45,008 nucleotides of DNA from a virus (IMGVR_UViG_3300017645_000005:1-45008), one strand, 5' to 3'. Shown: positions 7,393 through 17,394, numbered from the stretch's first letter. Program-made: numbers and translations. The notes: a model not told the origin generated them from the letters alone.

Positions 7393-8924
7393 TGGGCATC
7401 GGGAACATTCTTGATAAGGCCATCGGCTATGTGTCGCCGGAGGCGGGGTTGCGTCGTGTCCGTCACCGCGCTGCAATGGAAATTGTCCAGCGCAGCTATT
7501 CCGGTGCGGAAACAAATCGCCTGAAATCAGGTCGTCGCGCGAAATCGACTTCGGCAGATGCCGAGATCGCTCGCGCCGGTCGCAAGCTTCGCGACCGTAT
7601 GCGGGATCTGGTACGCAACAATCCTTATGCGGCCAAAGCTGTCTCCGAGCTGGTCAGCCATGCCATCGGCGACGGAATTATCCCGCGCTCAAAAAACAAG
7701 GAAGCAATCAAACTCTTTCACGAATGGAGCAAGGTTTGCGATGCTGATGGCGATCTCGACTTCAACGGCATCGTTGCCCTGACAGTTCGGGAAATGTTTG
7801 AGAGCGGCGACGGCATAGTACGCCGCCGCCGCCGTAGGCTGGACGATGGTCTTCCTGTGCCATTGCAATTGCAGGTGATTGAATCGGATCTGCTCGATAG
7901 TACCAAGGAAGGGGTGTTGTCTGGCGGCGGTAAGGCAATTCAGGGGATCGAGTTCGATGCGATAGGCCGTAAGCGCGCCTACTGGATGTTCGGATCTCAC
8001 CCCGGAAACAGCTTTTTTGACCCGCAATCGACCATAGTTTCGAAGCCTGTCCCGGCAGCTGATATTGCGCATGTCTTCGAAAAACAGCGCACGCAGGTCA
8101 GGGGCGTTCCATGGGGGACGCCAGCAATGGACGATACATTCGACCTTGCCGAGTATGAGCAGTCAGAGCTTGTCAGAAAGCGCCTTGAGTCCTGCATTGT
8201 CGGTGTGATGACCGGCGGTGACATTGACGACACCATAGGGTTGCCGCTGACCGGCAAGGATGGCGAGGCGACAACACCGGGCATTTACAATGTGCACGGC
8301 CAGCGTGTCGAAAAGTTCACGCCGGGCATGTTCTACAATGCAGTTGGCGGTCGAGATATGAAATTCTCTCAGCCTGCCGTAACCGACAGCTACGATCCTT
8401 ATAAAGTTTCGATGCTGCATACGATCTCAGCTGGCTGGCGCGTTCCGTACGCGCTGATGACAGGTCGGCTCGACAAGGTCAATTACTCATCGAGCAAGAT
8501 TGGTCTGGAAGGCTTCCGGCGCATGATCTCAATGCTGCAATGGCAGATCATCATTCCAATGCTGTTGCAGCCGATTTGGGATTGGTTCTGTGAAGCGGCT
8601 TACCTGGCCGGGAAGATCAGCACTCCGACAGTGGAGGTCGACTGGTCACCGCCGCGTTTCTATTCGGCGGACCCGCTGAAAGATGTGAACGCGAGGATCA
8701 AGGAGGTTCGGGCCGGTTTCCGCTCGCTCTCATCGGCAATTGCCGAAACAGGCGAGAACACGGATGACGTTCTGGACGAAATCCAGTCGGACAATGCCAA
8801 GCTCGACAAGCGCGGCATTATCCTCGACAGCGACCCGCGCCGCATATCGCAGGCCGGTCAGGTTCAACAACCCGTTGATACTGATGATCCTCCTGAGAAG
8901 GACGAAAACGATGACGAAACTTAA
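7392..8924 (+). CDS. Portal protein, lambda family
   Basis: RDLVRNNPYA, GIEFDAIGR, QVRGVPW, NYSS and DPLKD motifs. Confidence 0.95.
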   Translation: MGIGNILDKAIGYVSPEAGLRRVRHRAAMEIVQRSYSGAETNRLKSGRRAKSTSADAEIARAGRKLRDRMRDLVRNNPYAAKAVSELVSHAIGDGIIPRSKNKEAIKLFHEWSKVCDADGDLDFNGIVALTVREMFESGDGIVRRRRRRLDDGLPVPLQLQVIESDLLDSTKEGVLSGGGKAIQGIEFDAIGRKRAYWMFGSHPGNSFFDPQSTIVSKPVPAADIAHVFEKQRTQVRGVPWGTPAMDDTFDLAEYEQSELVRKRLESCIVGVMTGGDIDDTIGLPLTGKDGEATTPGIYNVHGQRVEKFTPGMFYNAVGGRDMKFSQPAVTDSYDPYKVSMLHTISAGWRVPYALMTGRLDKVNYSSSKIGLEGFRRMISMLQWQIIIPMLLQPIWDWFCEAAYLAGKISTPTVEVDWSPPRFYSADPLKDVNARIKEVRAGFRSLSSAIAETGENTDDVLDEIQSDNAKLDKRGIILDSDPRRISQAGQVQQPVDTDDPPEKDENDDET

Positions 8925-9564
8925 CCTGCGCAAAATGCCGGACAGTCTGCCGATGCAGATGCAGGAAGTCCGGCTGTTGCCTTCCGGTGTCGATGCTGAA
9001 ACGCGCACGCTGGATCTGGTATGGACTACCGGCGCAACTGTTCGCCGTCGCCGTTATGTTGGCTGGGATACGGTTGTCCCGTTCGACGAGATCCTGCTTG
9101 TCAGCGATAAAGCAATTGACCTATCGCGGATGAATGCAGGTGCGCCGGTTCTGGATAGTCATTCTGTCTGGTCGACCTTTTCGCAGGTCGCGGTTGTCGA
9201 ACGGGCGTGGGTTGATGGCGGTGAAGGTAAAGCAAAGATCCGGTTTCCAAAAGCCGGGATCGACGAGCGCGCCGACCGCATGTTCGGCTTGGTCTCCGAT
9301 GGCATTATCAAGAACGTGTCTGTCGGCTATTCCATCGACAAGATCCGTATCGAGGAAGCCCAGAAAAAGGGCGATGTCGAAAAGGTGTTCGTCGAGCGTT
9401 GGACGCCGAATGAAATTTCGTTTGTAACGGTTCCGGCAGATCCCGGCGCTCAGGTTCGCAATCACGCAGATACGTTCCCGCTCATGATCGACCGTAAACC
9501 GGTCTCGACGTTTGCGGCCTCAGCCCGGATGAGAATGGCCGAAGCCGTCCGCCGCCTCGCCTAA
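8911..9564 (+). CDS. Prohead protease, HK97 family
   Basis: PVLDSH, NVSVGY and EISFVTVPAD motifs; start trimmed to 8911. Confidence 0.9.
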   Translation: MTKLNLRKMPDSLPMQMQEVRLLPSGVDAETRTLDLVWTTGATVRRRRYVGWDTVVPFDEILLVSDKAIDLSRMNAGAPVLDSHSVWSTFSQVAVVERAWVDGGEGKAKIRFPKAGIDERADRMFGLVSDGIIKNVSVGYSIDKIRIEEAQKKGDVEKVFVERWTPNEISFVTVPADPGAQVRNHADTFPLMIDRKPVSTFAASARMRMAEAVRRLA

Positions 9565-9662
9565 TCCAGCAATCATCAAATTCCAGTTTGCCGCCTGCAA
9601 TTCTCCGGGGTTGCAGGGCGACGGCGCTTGTTTTGCCCGGTACATAGAAGGAAACGCACACC

Positions 9663-11303
9663 ATGAAAAAGGGTGCTTACATTTTCGCGACCGTCGCCGC
9701 ATTTGTCTGCGTCGGTCTGGCTATGGCGTTGTTCGCCGCAGATCCATCGCATGCAGCATCCCTCGATTATCGTGCTTTCGTACAGCCTGACGGAATGCAC
9801 CTGATCGGTGCCAACGTTGCCTTGCTGGGCCTGCGTTCGAAGCTGAAAGAGATTACTGGCCGTGCGGAAGCTACTCGCGCTCGTATTACCGATGATCTCG
9901 ATGAAGATGCTGTTCGGGCAATCGAGCAGGAACATACGGCTATTCTGGCCGAAGCCGATCAGGTCCGGGCGGATATTACCCGGATGGAAAACGAACAACG
10001 CAACGCGCCGACTGTTGATCCGTCCGTTCGAGCCGCAGTCGATGAGGCGGTGAGTGCCGAGCGTGAGCGTTCCAGCATTATTGAGGATCTGGCTACCCGT
10101 TCCGGTTTTCCTGATCTCGGTCGCGAACATGTTCGCTCTGGCACGCCGGTCGAGCAGTTCCGCAGCCTGCTTCTTGGTCACATGGTCTCGAATGAGCGCC
10201 AGAGTCCAACCGACAGCCGTGTGCGTGTCGATGTGGTTCACGATGAAGCGGTCACTCGTCGCTCAGCCCAGATCGAGGCGCTGGCATACGGCCTCGGTGC
10301 CCCGACGCCGCAGGCTGGTCCGTCCGCTGCCGCTCGCCAGTATATGGGAATGGGCCTTGTGGATCTGGCCGCAGAGAGCGTCAATTATCGCGGTCGCCGC
10401 ATGATGAATGCCCGTGACATCGACGATGTGTTTACGCGCGCTTCGCATTCGACCTCGGATTTCCCGGCAATCTTCGAAGGTGCCGTCAACCGGACTCTGG
10501 AACAGCGTTATGCGCTTGCCCAGCCGACGTTCCGCCGATTTGCGCGCCAGCGAAACTTCCGTGACTTCCGTCCCGACACCACAGTGAAGGTCGGCGATTT
10601 CCCACTCCTGAAAAAGGTGCTGGAAAACGGCGAGATCAAGTACGGCTCGTTTGGTGAAGGCAAGGAACAGGTGCAGGCGTTCAGCTACGCTATCGCACTG
10701 AATGTCAGTCGGCAGATGCTGATTAATGATGATCTCGGTGCAATCTCTGATCTTCTTACCAGCTATGGTGCATCTGTCGCGCTGTTTGAGGAAGTGACTT
10801 TCTATGCGAGCGCCTTTAATGGAAACCTCGCTGACGGAAAGCCGGTATTCCACGCGGATCACAAGAACCTTGCCGGTACGCCATCCGCAATTACCGTCGA
10901 CAGTGTCGGTGATGGCCGAAAGGCGATGAGCAAGCAAAAGAGCCTGGATGGCAATCCGTTGCTGTCGAATGCTGCTCGCATCATGCTGGTCGGTCCAGAC
11001 AAGTTGACAGAAGCGGAAAAGCTTCTTGCCTCCATCACTCCCGCAACGGTTTCGACCGTCAATATCTTCTCCGGCAAGTTCGAGCTGATTGAAACGAGCC
11101 AGATCAAAGATAATGCCTGGCATCTGTTTGGCGAGCCTTCCGCAGGCTCGAATTATCGCTGGGGTTATCTGGAAGGCTACGAGGCACCGCGCGTGCGCAT
11201 GGATGAGCCTTTCGGGCGCCAGGGTTTCAGCATGTCCGTTGAACACGACTTCGGTTGTGGCGCGACCGACTATCGCTTTGGCTACAAAAACGCCGGAGCC
11301 TGA
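9663..11303 (+). CDS. Major capsid protein (Mu gpT-like) with N-terminal signal-peptide-like segment and scaffold-like coiled coil
   Basis: HSTSDFPAI, ENGEIKYG, SRQMLINDDLG, GYLEG and HDFGCGATDYR; AGAAGGA RBS before 9663. Confidence 0.9.
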   Translation: MKKGAYIFATVAAFVCVGLAMALFAADPSHAASLDYRAFVQPDGMHLIGANVALLGLRSKLKEITGRAEATRARITDDLDEDAVRAIEQEHTAILAEADQVRADITRMENEQRNAPTVDPSVRAAVDEAVSAERERSSIIEDLATRSGFPDLGREHVRSGTPVEQFRSLLLGHMVSNERQSPTDSRVRVDVVHDEAVTRRSAQIEALAYGLGAPTPQAGPSAAARQYMGMGLVDLAAESVNYRGRRMMNARDIDDVFTRASHSTSDFPAIFEGAVNRTLEQRYALAQPTFRRFARQRNFRDFRPDTTVKVGDFPLLKKVLENGEIKYGSFGEGKEQVQAFSYAIALNVSRQMLINDDLGAISDLLTSYGASVALFEEVTFYASAFNGNLADGKPVFHADHKNLAGTPSAITVDSVGDGRKAMSKQKSLDGNPLLSNAARIMLVGPDKLTEAEKLLASITPATVSTVNIFSGKFELIETSQIKDNAWHLFGEPSAGSNYRWGYLEGYEAPRVRMDEPFGRQGFSMSVEHDFGCGATDYRFGYKNAGA

Positions 11304-11313
11304 TCGACAGCGA

Positions 11314-11341
11314 GCGGGTCATTGTGACCCGCCGTCCTTTC
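11314..11341 (+). terminator. Hairpin after the capsid gene (attenuator or mRNA stabiliser)
   Basis: GCGGGTCA-TTG-TGACCCGC followed by a pyrimidine-rich tract; the U-run is weak. Confidence 0.5.
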
Positions 11342-11371
11342 CGTTCTGATCCTTCATAAGGAAAAACTCCC

Positions 11372-11695
11372 ATGAAAAACTATATTCAGCCAGGTGACAG
11401 CGTCACCGTTCCGGCTCCAACTGACGTGAAGTCTGGCGATCTGGTCGTTGTCGGCGATCTGTTCGGCGTTGCCCAGTTCTCGGCAAAAGCTGGCGAAGAT
11501 GTTGAAATCGCAACCAAGGGCGTCTTTGCCTTGCCGAAGGTTGCCGCGCAAGCGTGGGCCGTGGGTGCCAAGGTCTATTACGTTGTCGCCGACAAAAACC
11601 TGTCGACGGCAGCATCCGGCAATACCTTCATCGGTCACGCTACCGAGGCGGCGGCGAACCCGTCCGACTTCGGCGCGGTGCGTCTTTCGGTATAG
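11372..11695 (+). CDS. DUF2190-like capsid cement/decoration protein
   Basis: MKNYIQPGD..V.SG..GVA..GVF.LPK pattern; directly after the capsid gene. Confidence 0.88.
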   Translation: MKNYIQPGDSVTVPAPTDVKSGDLVVVGDLFGVAQFSAKAGEDVEIATKGVFALPKVAAQAWAVGAKVYYVVADKNLSTAASGNTFIGHATEAAANPSDFGAVRLSV

Positions 11696-11699
11696 CGAC

Positions 11700-12068
11700 A
11701 TGGCGAACTGGCGAAAACTGGAAGCTATGGTCGATCAAAAGATGGCCCGTAGCTATGGCGAGTCGGTTCGCCTGTCTTTCATGAAACAGCAGGTCGCCGA
11801 TCCTGATCGGCCAACGGTCGAGATTATCGCTCTCCTGCATGTCGGTGGGGATGACTCGCGCGCTCCCGGTCCTACCGGGACGTATCGATCTCGCCTGTCG
11901 CTTGGTGAGGCTGAACTGTTTCTGGATCGTTCAACCTATTCCGGTCCTGATCCGAAGGTTGGCGACAAGGTCCGTGCGAATGATCGGGCGGGAAAGCCCT
12001 GGTTTGAAGTCGCCGCAGTATCGGATCGCTATAGCAATCTCATCGTCGTGAAATTGGGGCAGGTCTGA
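11700..12068 (+). CDS. Head-tail joining/closure protein (putative)
   Basis: Position and size (122 aa, PKVGDKV motif); start trimmed to MANWRK. Confidence 0.65.
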   Translation: MANWRKLEAMVDQKMARSYGESVRLSFMKQQVADPDRPTVEIIALLHVGGDDSRAPGPTGTYRSRLSLGEAELFLDRSTYSGPDPKVGDKVRANDRAGKPWFEVAAVSDRYSNLIVVKLGQV

Positions 12069-12844
12069 TGTCTATAGGTCGAATTGCACTGCGTATCGCG
12101 ACAATCGGTGCACTCAACGGTGCGACCTCGGTCGGTTCCAATGTTCTCGACAGTGAAATTGGATCGATTGATGTCGGCGCGGACGGTAGCCTTCGCACCG
12201 ATCAGGAGAAACCCTTTATCTCGGTCTATACCGACGGATCGAAGGCGGAAGATCTGAGCGGTGCGCGACGCCTCTGGCAGAACGGGCTTACTGAACTTTT
12301 GATTGAAACTGGCGTCGCAGCGTCGATGGTCGAAACCAATCAGGAGACAGGTGAAAGCACGATCATTCCGGGAATACCCGCAACGGACTCTGCCTTCGAA
12401 TTGTTTCTCGATGTTGTCGATAGGCAATCAATCGCCGCCTTGATGGATCCCGGCAATCCATGGGCAGAGATTTGGCGGACGCTTGTTCGCGATATCGTGA
12501 AGGTCGAGCGCAGGCGAACGGCTGATGCCGAAACCGGCACCCGTATGGCGGCGCATCAGCAAAGCATCACCTGTGATTTGTTGCCGGATCCGGTTTTCGG
12601 CGAGCCGGTTGCGGCGACCTCTGTATGGCAGAAACTGCTCGATCAGATGGAAGCGGTCCAGCATCCATATTTGCAGAAACTGCAAGAACTGATGGGCTTG
12701 GCCGTCACCCAGCTTAACTCCATAGAGCAACGTCGGCGGTTTGGTTTCACGCTGGATGAGGCGAGGGCGCTTTGCGATATGCCTCCGCTCGCAGCGGAAG
12801 CGACAGAACCAGACATAACGCGGATCGATTTCGAGAAAATCTGA
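12068..12844 (+). CDS. Phage neck/tail-terminator region protein (hypothetical)
   Basis: Translationally coupled on both sides; lies between head closure and gpV. Confidence 0.6.
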   Translation: MSIGRIALRIATIGALNGATSVGSNVLDSEIGSIDVGADGSLRTDQEKPFISVYTDGSKAEDLSGARRLWQNGLTELLIETGVAASMVETNQETGESTIIPGIPATDSAFELFLDVVDRQSIAALMDPGNPWAEIWRTLVRDIVKVERRRTADAETGTRMAAHQQSITCDLLPDPVFGEPVAATSVWQKLLDQMEAVQHPYLQKLQELMGLAVTQLNSIEQRRRFGFTLDEARALCDMPPLAAEATEPDITRIDFEKI

Positions 12845-13281
12845 TGGCTGACAATCTCGCTGATATCCTCGTCGAACTGCAGCGCCGACTGTTCGAGGTC
12901 GAGCGTCGTCTGGCCAATCATCGTCGAACCGGCGTTATTGATGAAATCGATCATGGGAAGGGCGTCGCCCGCGTCAAAATCGAGGGCGGCGATCAACCGT
13001 TCCGAACCGGCTGGATCCCGTGGAAGGAAATCGCAGCGGGCGGGATATCGACCCATATCCCGCCAACGGTCGGACAGCAGGTCGACGTCATGTCGGAAAG
13101 TGGCGATCTTACGGATGCGGTCATTGATTTCTCGACGCACTCGAATGCAAATCCGCGCCCGCACGACGGGCCGGATGCGGTGATTGTCAAAGGCGGTGTC
13201 CGCTTTTTCATCAGCGACGACACTGTCACGATTGATGCGGCGAACATCACTTTTACAGCATCCAACGGAAACCTTGCCTGA
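12844..13281 (+). CDS. Baseplate spike, P2 gpV-like (short)
   Basis: RTGVI..ARV..TGWIPW..AG..PPTVGQQV OB-fold motif. Confidence 0.9.
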   Translation: MADNLADILVELQRRLFEVERRLANHRRTGVIDEIDHGKGVARVKIEGGDQPFRTGWIPWKEIAAGGISTHIPPTVGQQVDVMSESGDLTDAVIDFSTHSNANPRPHDGPDAVIVKGGVRFFISDDTVTIDAANITFTASNGNLA

Positions 13282-13544
13282 TGCCACTGATCGTTCGTCT
13301 CGGTGATACCTCCAGTCATGGCGGCACCGTAATTTCGTCATCCGACAAGTGGATCTGCGAGGGAAAGCTCATCGCCAGAAAAGGCGATTTGCATTCCTGC
13401 CCCATCCCCGGTCACGGCGTCACGCCGATTGTGTCGGGATCTTCGAAATTCATCTGCGAAGGCGATCCCGTGGCGCGAACCGGCGACACGACGGGTTGTG
13501 GCGCAAGTCTCATTTCTGGCGCGACCAAGTGGTCGTGCGACTGA
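13281..13544 (+). CDS. PAAR-domain spike tip protein
   Basis: IVRLGD.SSHGG, IARKGDLHSCPIPGHG and VARTGD..GCGA repeats. Confidence 0.93.
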   Translation: MPLIVRLGDTSSHGGTVISSSDKWICEGKLIARKGDLHSCPIPGHGVTPIVSGSSKFICEGDPVARTGDTTGCGASLISGATKWSCD

Positions 13545-13561
13545 CCAAAGGAGAAAAGGCG

Positions 13562-13732
13562 ATGAAAGTCATCGTGAAGGAAAGCGGCTTTTACGGCGGC
13601 ACCTATTACATAGCCAAAGCTGCCGAGCAGGAAATGCCGGATGCCGTCGCCAAACAGTTTATGGCTCCCTACGGTCATCAGCTGGAAAAGCCGTCTGAAC
13701 GGCAAAAGGCTGTGCGCCCGGTCAAGGAATAG
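13562..13732 (+). CDS. Small phage hypothetical protein (56 aa)
   Basis: AAGGAG RBS; fills the gap between PAAR and gpW (MKVIVKESGFYGG). Confidence 0.65.
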   Translation: MKVIVKESGFYGGTYYIAKAAEQEMPDAVAKQFMAPYGHQLEKPSERQKAVRPVKE

Positions 13733-13735
13733 GCC

Positions 13736-14119
13736 ATGTCATCCCTCGGCTTTTCGAATGTGGATGGTTCACTGCTGGCGGGCTTTGACCATGTTCGGCA
13801 GTCGATTGAGGTCATTCTGACAACGCCGGTTGGATCTCGCGTGATGCGTCGGGACTTCGGTTCCGAGCTGATGGGCCTGATCGATAGACCGATGAATGAC
13901 CGCGTCATTCTCGGCATCTATTCAGCCTGCGCCATGGCCATTGCGAAATGGGAACCGCGCTTTGCGGTAACTGGCATAAACATAGGCGATCTGAATGAAC
14001 AGGGCGTCATCGATCTCCAGATTCGGGGTGTCTATTACCCGAACGGTCACAAGGGCGATTTTTCAGTGACCGAAGGCGAGACCTCCACGAACATCACAAT
14101 AGCAAGGACTATGTCATGA
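13736..14119 (+). CDS. Baseplate wedge gpW/gp25 family
   Basis: HVRQSI..ILTTPVGSRVMRRDFGS..WEPR. Confidence 0.93.
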   Translation: MSSLGFSNVDGSLLAGFDHVRQSIEVILTTPVGSRVMRRDFGSELMGLIDRPMNDRVILGIYSACAMAIAKWEPRFAVTGINIGDLNEQGVIDLQIRGVYYPNGHKGDFSVTEGETSTNITIARTMS

Positions 14120-15165
14120 GCCGCTTTGTTGCGCCGAACCTGGCTGACCTTGGCGATGTTCCAAGCGTCGTCGCTGTTGATTTTGAGGAAATCAAAAGCT
14201 CACGCGACGAATACCTGATTGCCGCGCTGGAGCGGTTCGGCGTTTCTTACGATGTTGAGAAACTTGAAACCGACCCCATGGTTATCGCCTTTTCGGAAGG
14301 CGGCGGCTATCAGGAAATGAAGTTTCGCCAGCGGGTTAATGAAGCAATCCGCGCCCTGTCACTTGCGACGGCCATCGGCGGCGACCTTGACCATATCGCA
14401 GCGACCTATGCCGGGATCTCGCGCCTTGTCTACGACAATGCCGAAAACGATCAGCCGGAAAATTCGCAATGGGATCCGGTTCTGGGGAAGTGGGTCGAAC
14501 TCGACGACACTTTCCGTGCCCGCATCCTGCTCGCCTTTGAAGCGTTTTCAACAGCAGGGCCGGAAGGTGCATATGCCTTTCATGCGCTGGAGCTGGATGG
14601 AAAGCGGGATATCGCCGATGTCGCGGTCTATTCCGAGGAAGATGCTGCGACCTATACGAACGGGCTTCATGCAGACGCCTATTCAATGGGCCTGATCCCA
14701 AACCCTTTTTCCGGTCGGGCTACCGGCGATCCGGTGCTTGCGCCAGAAATCCTCGTCGTGATCCTTCCGACGGTTACCTATGGACCCGCTGACCAGCCAT
14801 TGTTGAACCGGGCTTTTCAAGCCGTAACCCCAAAGGATGTGCGGCCAATAGGCGACAATGTTCGTATCGAACCGGCAACGGTCACGGACTACGATATCGA
14901 GGTTACTCTTTATTATGCGCCGGGTGTCGATGTGTCGGCTATGGCAGCGGAAGCGAAAAAGCGGCTGACTGCATATGCAGCGTCTCGTCGTCGTATCGGA
15001 TTGGCTGTGCAGCGTGAAGTTATCGGCGGTCGCGCGGCGGTTGATGACAATGTCACTGTCGAAGTCGTTTCGCCAGCTGCTGATATTGAGCCGGGTTCGA
15101 AAGGTGTCGGACAAGTCGGGACAGTCACGGTCAATACGGTTCAAACGCAAGGATCGTGGCAATGA
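14116..15165 (+). CDS. Baseplate J-like protein
   Basis: A.GGDLDHIA, STAGPEGAY.FHA and VRPIGD.V motifs. Confidence 0.92.
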   Translation: MSRFVAPNLADLGDVPSVVAVDFEEIKSSRDEYLIAALERFGVSYDVEKLETDPMVIAFSEGGGYQEMKFRQRVNEAIRALSLATAIGGDLDHIAATYAGISRLVYDNAENDQPENSQWDPVLGKWVELDDTFRARILLAFEAFSTAGPEGAYAFHALELDGKRDIADVAVYSEEDAATYTNGLHADAYSMGLIPNPFSGRATGDPVLAPEILVVILPTVTYGPADQPLLNRAFQAVTPKDVRPIGDNVRIEPATVTDYDIEVTLYYAPGVDVSAMAAEAKKRLTAYAASRRRIGLAVQREVIGGRAAVDDNVTVEVVSPAADIEPGSKGVGQVGTVTVNTVQTQGSWQ

Positions 15166-15821
15166 CGCCAGCAGAATCAATTGACGCCGTTGCAGATCTC
15201 GCACGCTCCATTCTTCCTGCTCGTTCTTCGCCACTCACTGTCGCATTGCTCGCTGCTGAACTGGCACGGATTGCGACGGTTGATCCCACCGTCATTGCGA
15301 CGATCTGGAACCCCGCCACCTGTCCTAAAGTGCTGCTGCCATACCTGGCGATGGGGGTGTCTGTCGATGTGTGGTCTGCAGACTGGCCAGAAGCGCAGCA
15401 GCGCAGGGTTATTGCCGCCTCGCCAATGGTGCATCGTCTCAAGGGCACGCGTGGTGCTGTCGAGCGGGCGCTTGCGGCATTTGAGCTGGAAACGCGCATT
15501 GTCGAATGGTGGGAGGATGGTTCGAGGCGCGGAACATTCCGTGTGGAAATCCTCTATCGAAATGGCAGTCCGGTTTTTGATCTGGAGACACAGGCGGCGG
15601 CAATTGCATCAGTTGATGCGGCGAAACCAAAGTCTCGTGTGTTTGCCACGCGCGCAGTCGTGCAGGCTCGCGGTTCTCTCTATGTCGGCGCATTTATGAG
15701 AACCAGTCTGGCAGCTATTGCCCATCCATTTGCATTTGAACCGCCCGTACTCAGGGCGACCGGTTATGTCGCCGTAGCGCCCTGTGCGTTCCTGTCGGTG
15801 ACGGCTCACTACAAGGTTTAG
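15162..15821 (+). CDS. Tail protein I (P2 gpI-like)
   Basis: WNPATCP..LLPYLA..SVD.W..W..HRLKGT. Confidence 0.92.
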   Translation: MTPAESIDAVADLARSILPARSSPLTVALLAAELARIATVDPTVIATIWNPATCPKVLLPYLAMGVSVDVWSADWPEAQQRRVIAASPMVHRLKGTRGAVERALAAFELETRIVEWWEDGSRRGTFRVEILYRNGSPVFDLETQAAAIASVDAAKPKSRVFATRAVVQARGSLYVGAFMRTSLAAIAHPFAFEPPVLRATGYVAVAPCAFLSVTAHYKV

Positions 15822-15825
15822 GAAT

Positions 15826-17394
15826 ATGGCTCAAAACACGTTCGCATTGATGACGAACCTTGGCCGCGCAAAAGAGGCTGCGGCTATCGCTAATGGTACT
15901 GCGGTCGTTATCACCCATATCGCCATCGGTGACGGCACAACTGTACCGTCGGGCGGTGAGACCGCACTTTATCACGAGGTCGCTCGGAAGGCGATTTCAG
16001 GACACGGAACTGTCGTCGGTGCCTCGAATGTCGCCTACTTTGATATCTTTCTTGAGGCTGATGAAGGTCCGTATACCATTCGCGAGGCGGGGTTGATTGA
16101 TCAGGATGGCGATCTCATTGCCATTGCGCGCTACGATCCTCCGATCAGCAAGCCAATTCCGTCGAGTGGACAAACAGTCGAAGGAACAATTCGGCTTGAA
16201 GTCGCCTTCTCGAACATCGCCAATATAACGATTATCGTCGATCCGGCGTTTAAGGTTTCGGTGCAGCGACTTTCACGTTTGCCTTGGTTGCCTGTCATAT
16301 CAATGGTGACAACAGCGCCACCGACTTCACCGACTGTGGGGGCGGTTTATATAATCCCGGCTGGAGCTACCGGGGCTTGGGCGGGGCAATCGGGCAAAAT
16401 TGCAGAATACACCGCAGCTGGCTGGGCGATCATGGCGCCCGACGATGGTCACGGTATCGGTTTGCCTGACGGTCGGGTGTTTGTTCGGATTAATGGCGTC
16501 TATGTCGAGCTTGCTGCGAGCAAGACATTTTCTGGCCTCATAAAGCTCGCTGCCGATCCCATGGATTTTGATGACGACAAGGGAGCCTTGACGCCGTCAG
16601 GTTTGCGACAGGCTGTTGTTCCGCCCGCAGGCCTCGACAATCTTATCTTTAATTCGTGGTTCACACATTCACGGCGCTTTCCGGGGTGGTCACGCCAGAA
16701 TTTCACATGGGCATCAAATAGCTATTGGTTCGATCACTGGAAGAACGTCACCGGACAGGCGATCACAGCCACTTGGGAAGTGAATAGTTTGAGTCAACCG
16801 CTTCTGACCCTGCCTGCCGGGGCGAAGATCAAGACTATTCTTGAAGCACCGAATTTTGATGCAGGCGTGCTGTCGGCTCTAGTTACAGAGGGGACCGTCG
16901 ATATCACCTTTGCTGGTTCGCTTCTTGCCCCAACCACAATTCGTCTTGACAAAACCGATGTTCAGTCCGGTCGAAAGTACTGCGTGTTCGACTTCTCCAC
17001 ATCGCCAATCGGTCCAAACTTGGAAATCACGATTGTGGCCGTGACCGCCATAAAGATTGGGCGGTTGAAATGCGAGCGCGGAAAAAAGCCGACCCTTTAT
17101 GCGCCCCATCAGCCTTACATCGAAAGCATGATCCTTGATCGGTATTTCCAGCGGCTTAAGCGCCGCGTTACCTTCACGGCGACTGCGGCGAACCAGTATT
17201 TCAGCGACTTGGTCATGGCTCGAAACGAGATGATGCAGGCACCGCAAATCGGTTGGAACGTTTCCAGCCAAGCCAATGTGAAAAACATTGCAGCCGCCGC
17301 ATCTTATGCGTCTGGAGTGCAGATTACCTGCCAATCCGTCGCAGCCGGCGATGTTGTGCTGGAATACGAAATCACACTCGACGCGGATTTCTAG
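15826..17394 (+). CDS. Tail fiber protein (P2 gpH-like N-terminus, DUF2793-like middle, variable C-terminus)
   Basis: T.LG.AKEA..IAIGDG..G.YTIRE.GL and TAPP.SP..G..YI.PAGATGAWAGQ. Confidence 0.88.
   Translation: MAQNTFALMTNLGRAKEAAAIANGTAVVITHIAIGDGTTVPSGGETALYHEVARKAISGHGTVVGASNVAYFDIFLEADEGPYTIREAGLIDQDGDLIAIARYDPPISKPIPSSGQTVEGTIRLEVAFSNIANITIIVDPAFKVSVQRLSRLPWLPVISMVTTAPPTSPTVGAVYIIPAGATGAWAGQSGKIAEYTAAGWAIMAPDDGHGIGLPDGRVFVRINGVYVELAASKTFSGLIKLAADPMDFDDDKGALTPSGLRQAVVPPAGLDNLIFNSWFTHSRRFPGWSRQNFTWASNSYWFDHWKNVTGQAITATWEVNSLSQPLLTLPAGAKIKTILEAPNFDAGVLSALVTEGTVDITFAGSLLAPTTIRLDKTDVQSGRKYCVFDFSTSPIGPNLEITIVAVTAIKIGRLKCERGKKPTLYAPHQPYIESMILDRYFQRLKRRVTFTATAANQYFSDLVMARNEMMQAPQIGWNVSSQANVKNIAAAASYASGVQITCQSVAAGDVVLEYEITLDADF

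Noticed and set aside
12844-14119. PAAR and gp25-like genes as a type VI secretion system or tailocin
   Set aside because: They are embedded in a full phage with terminase, portal and capsid; no T6SS membrane complex or ClpV.
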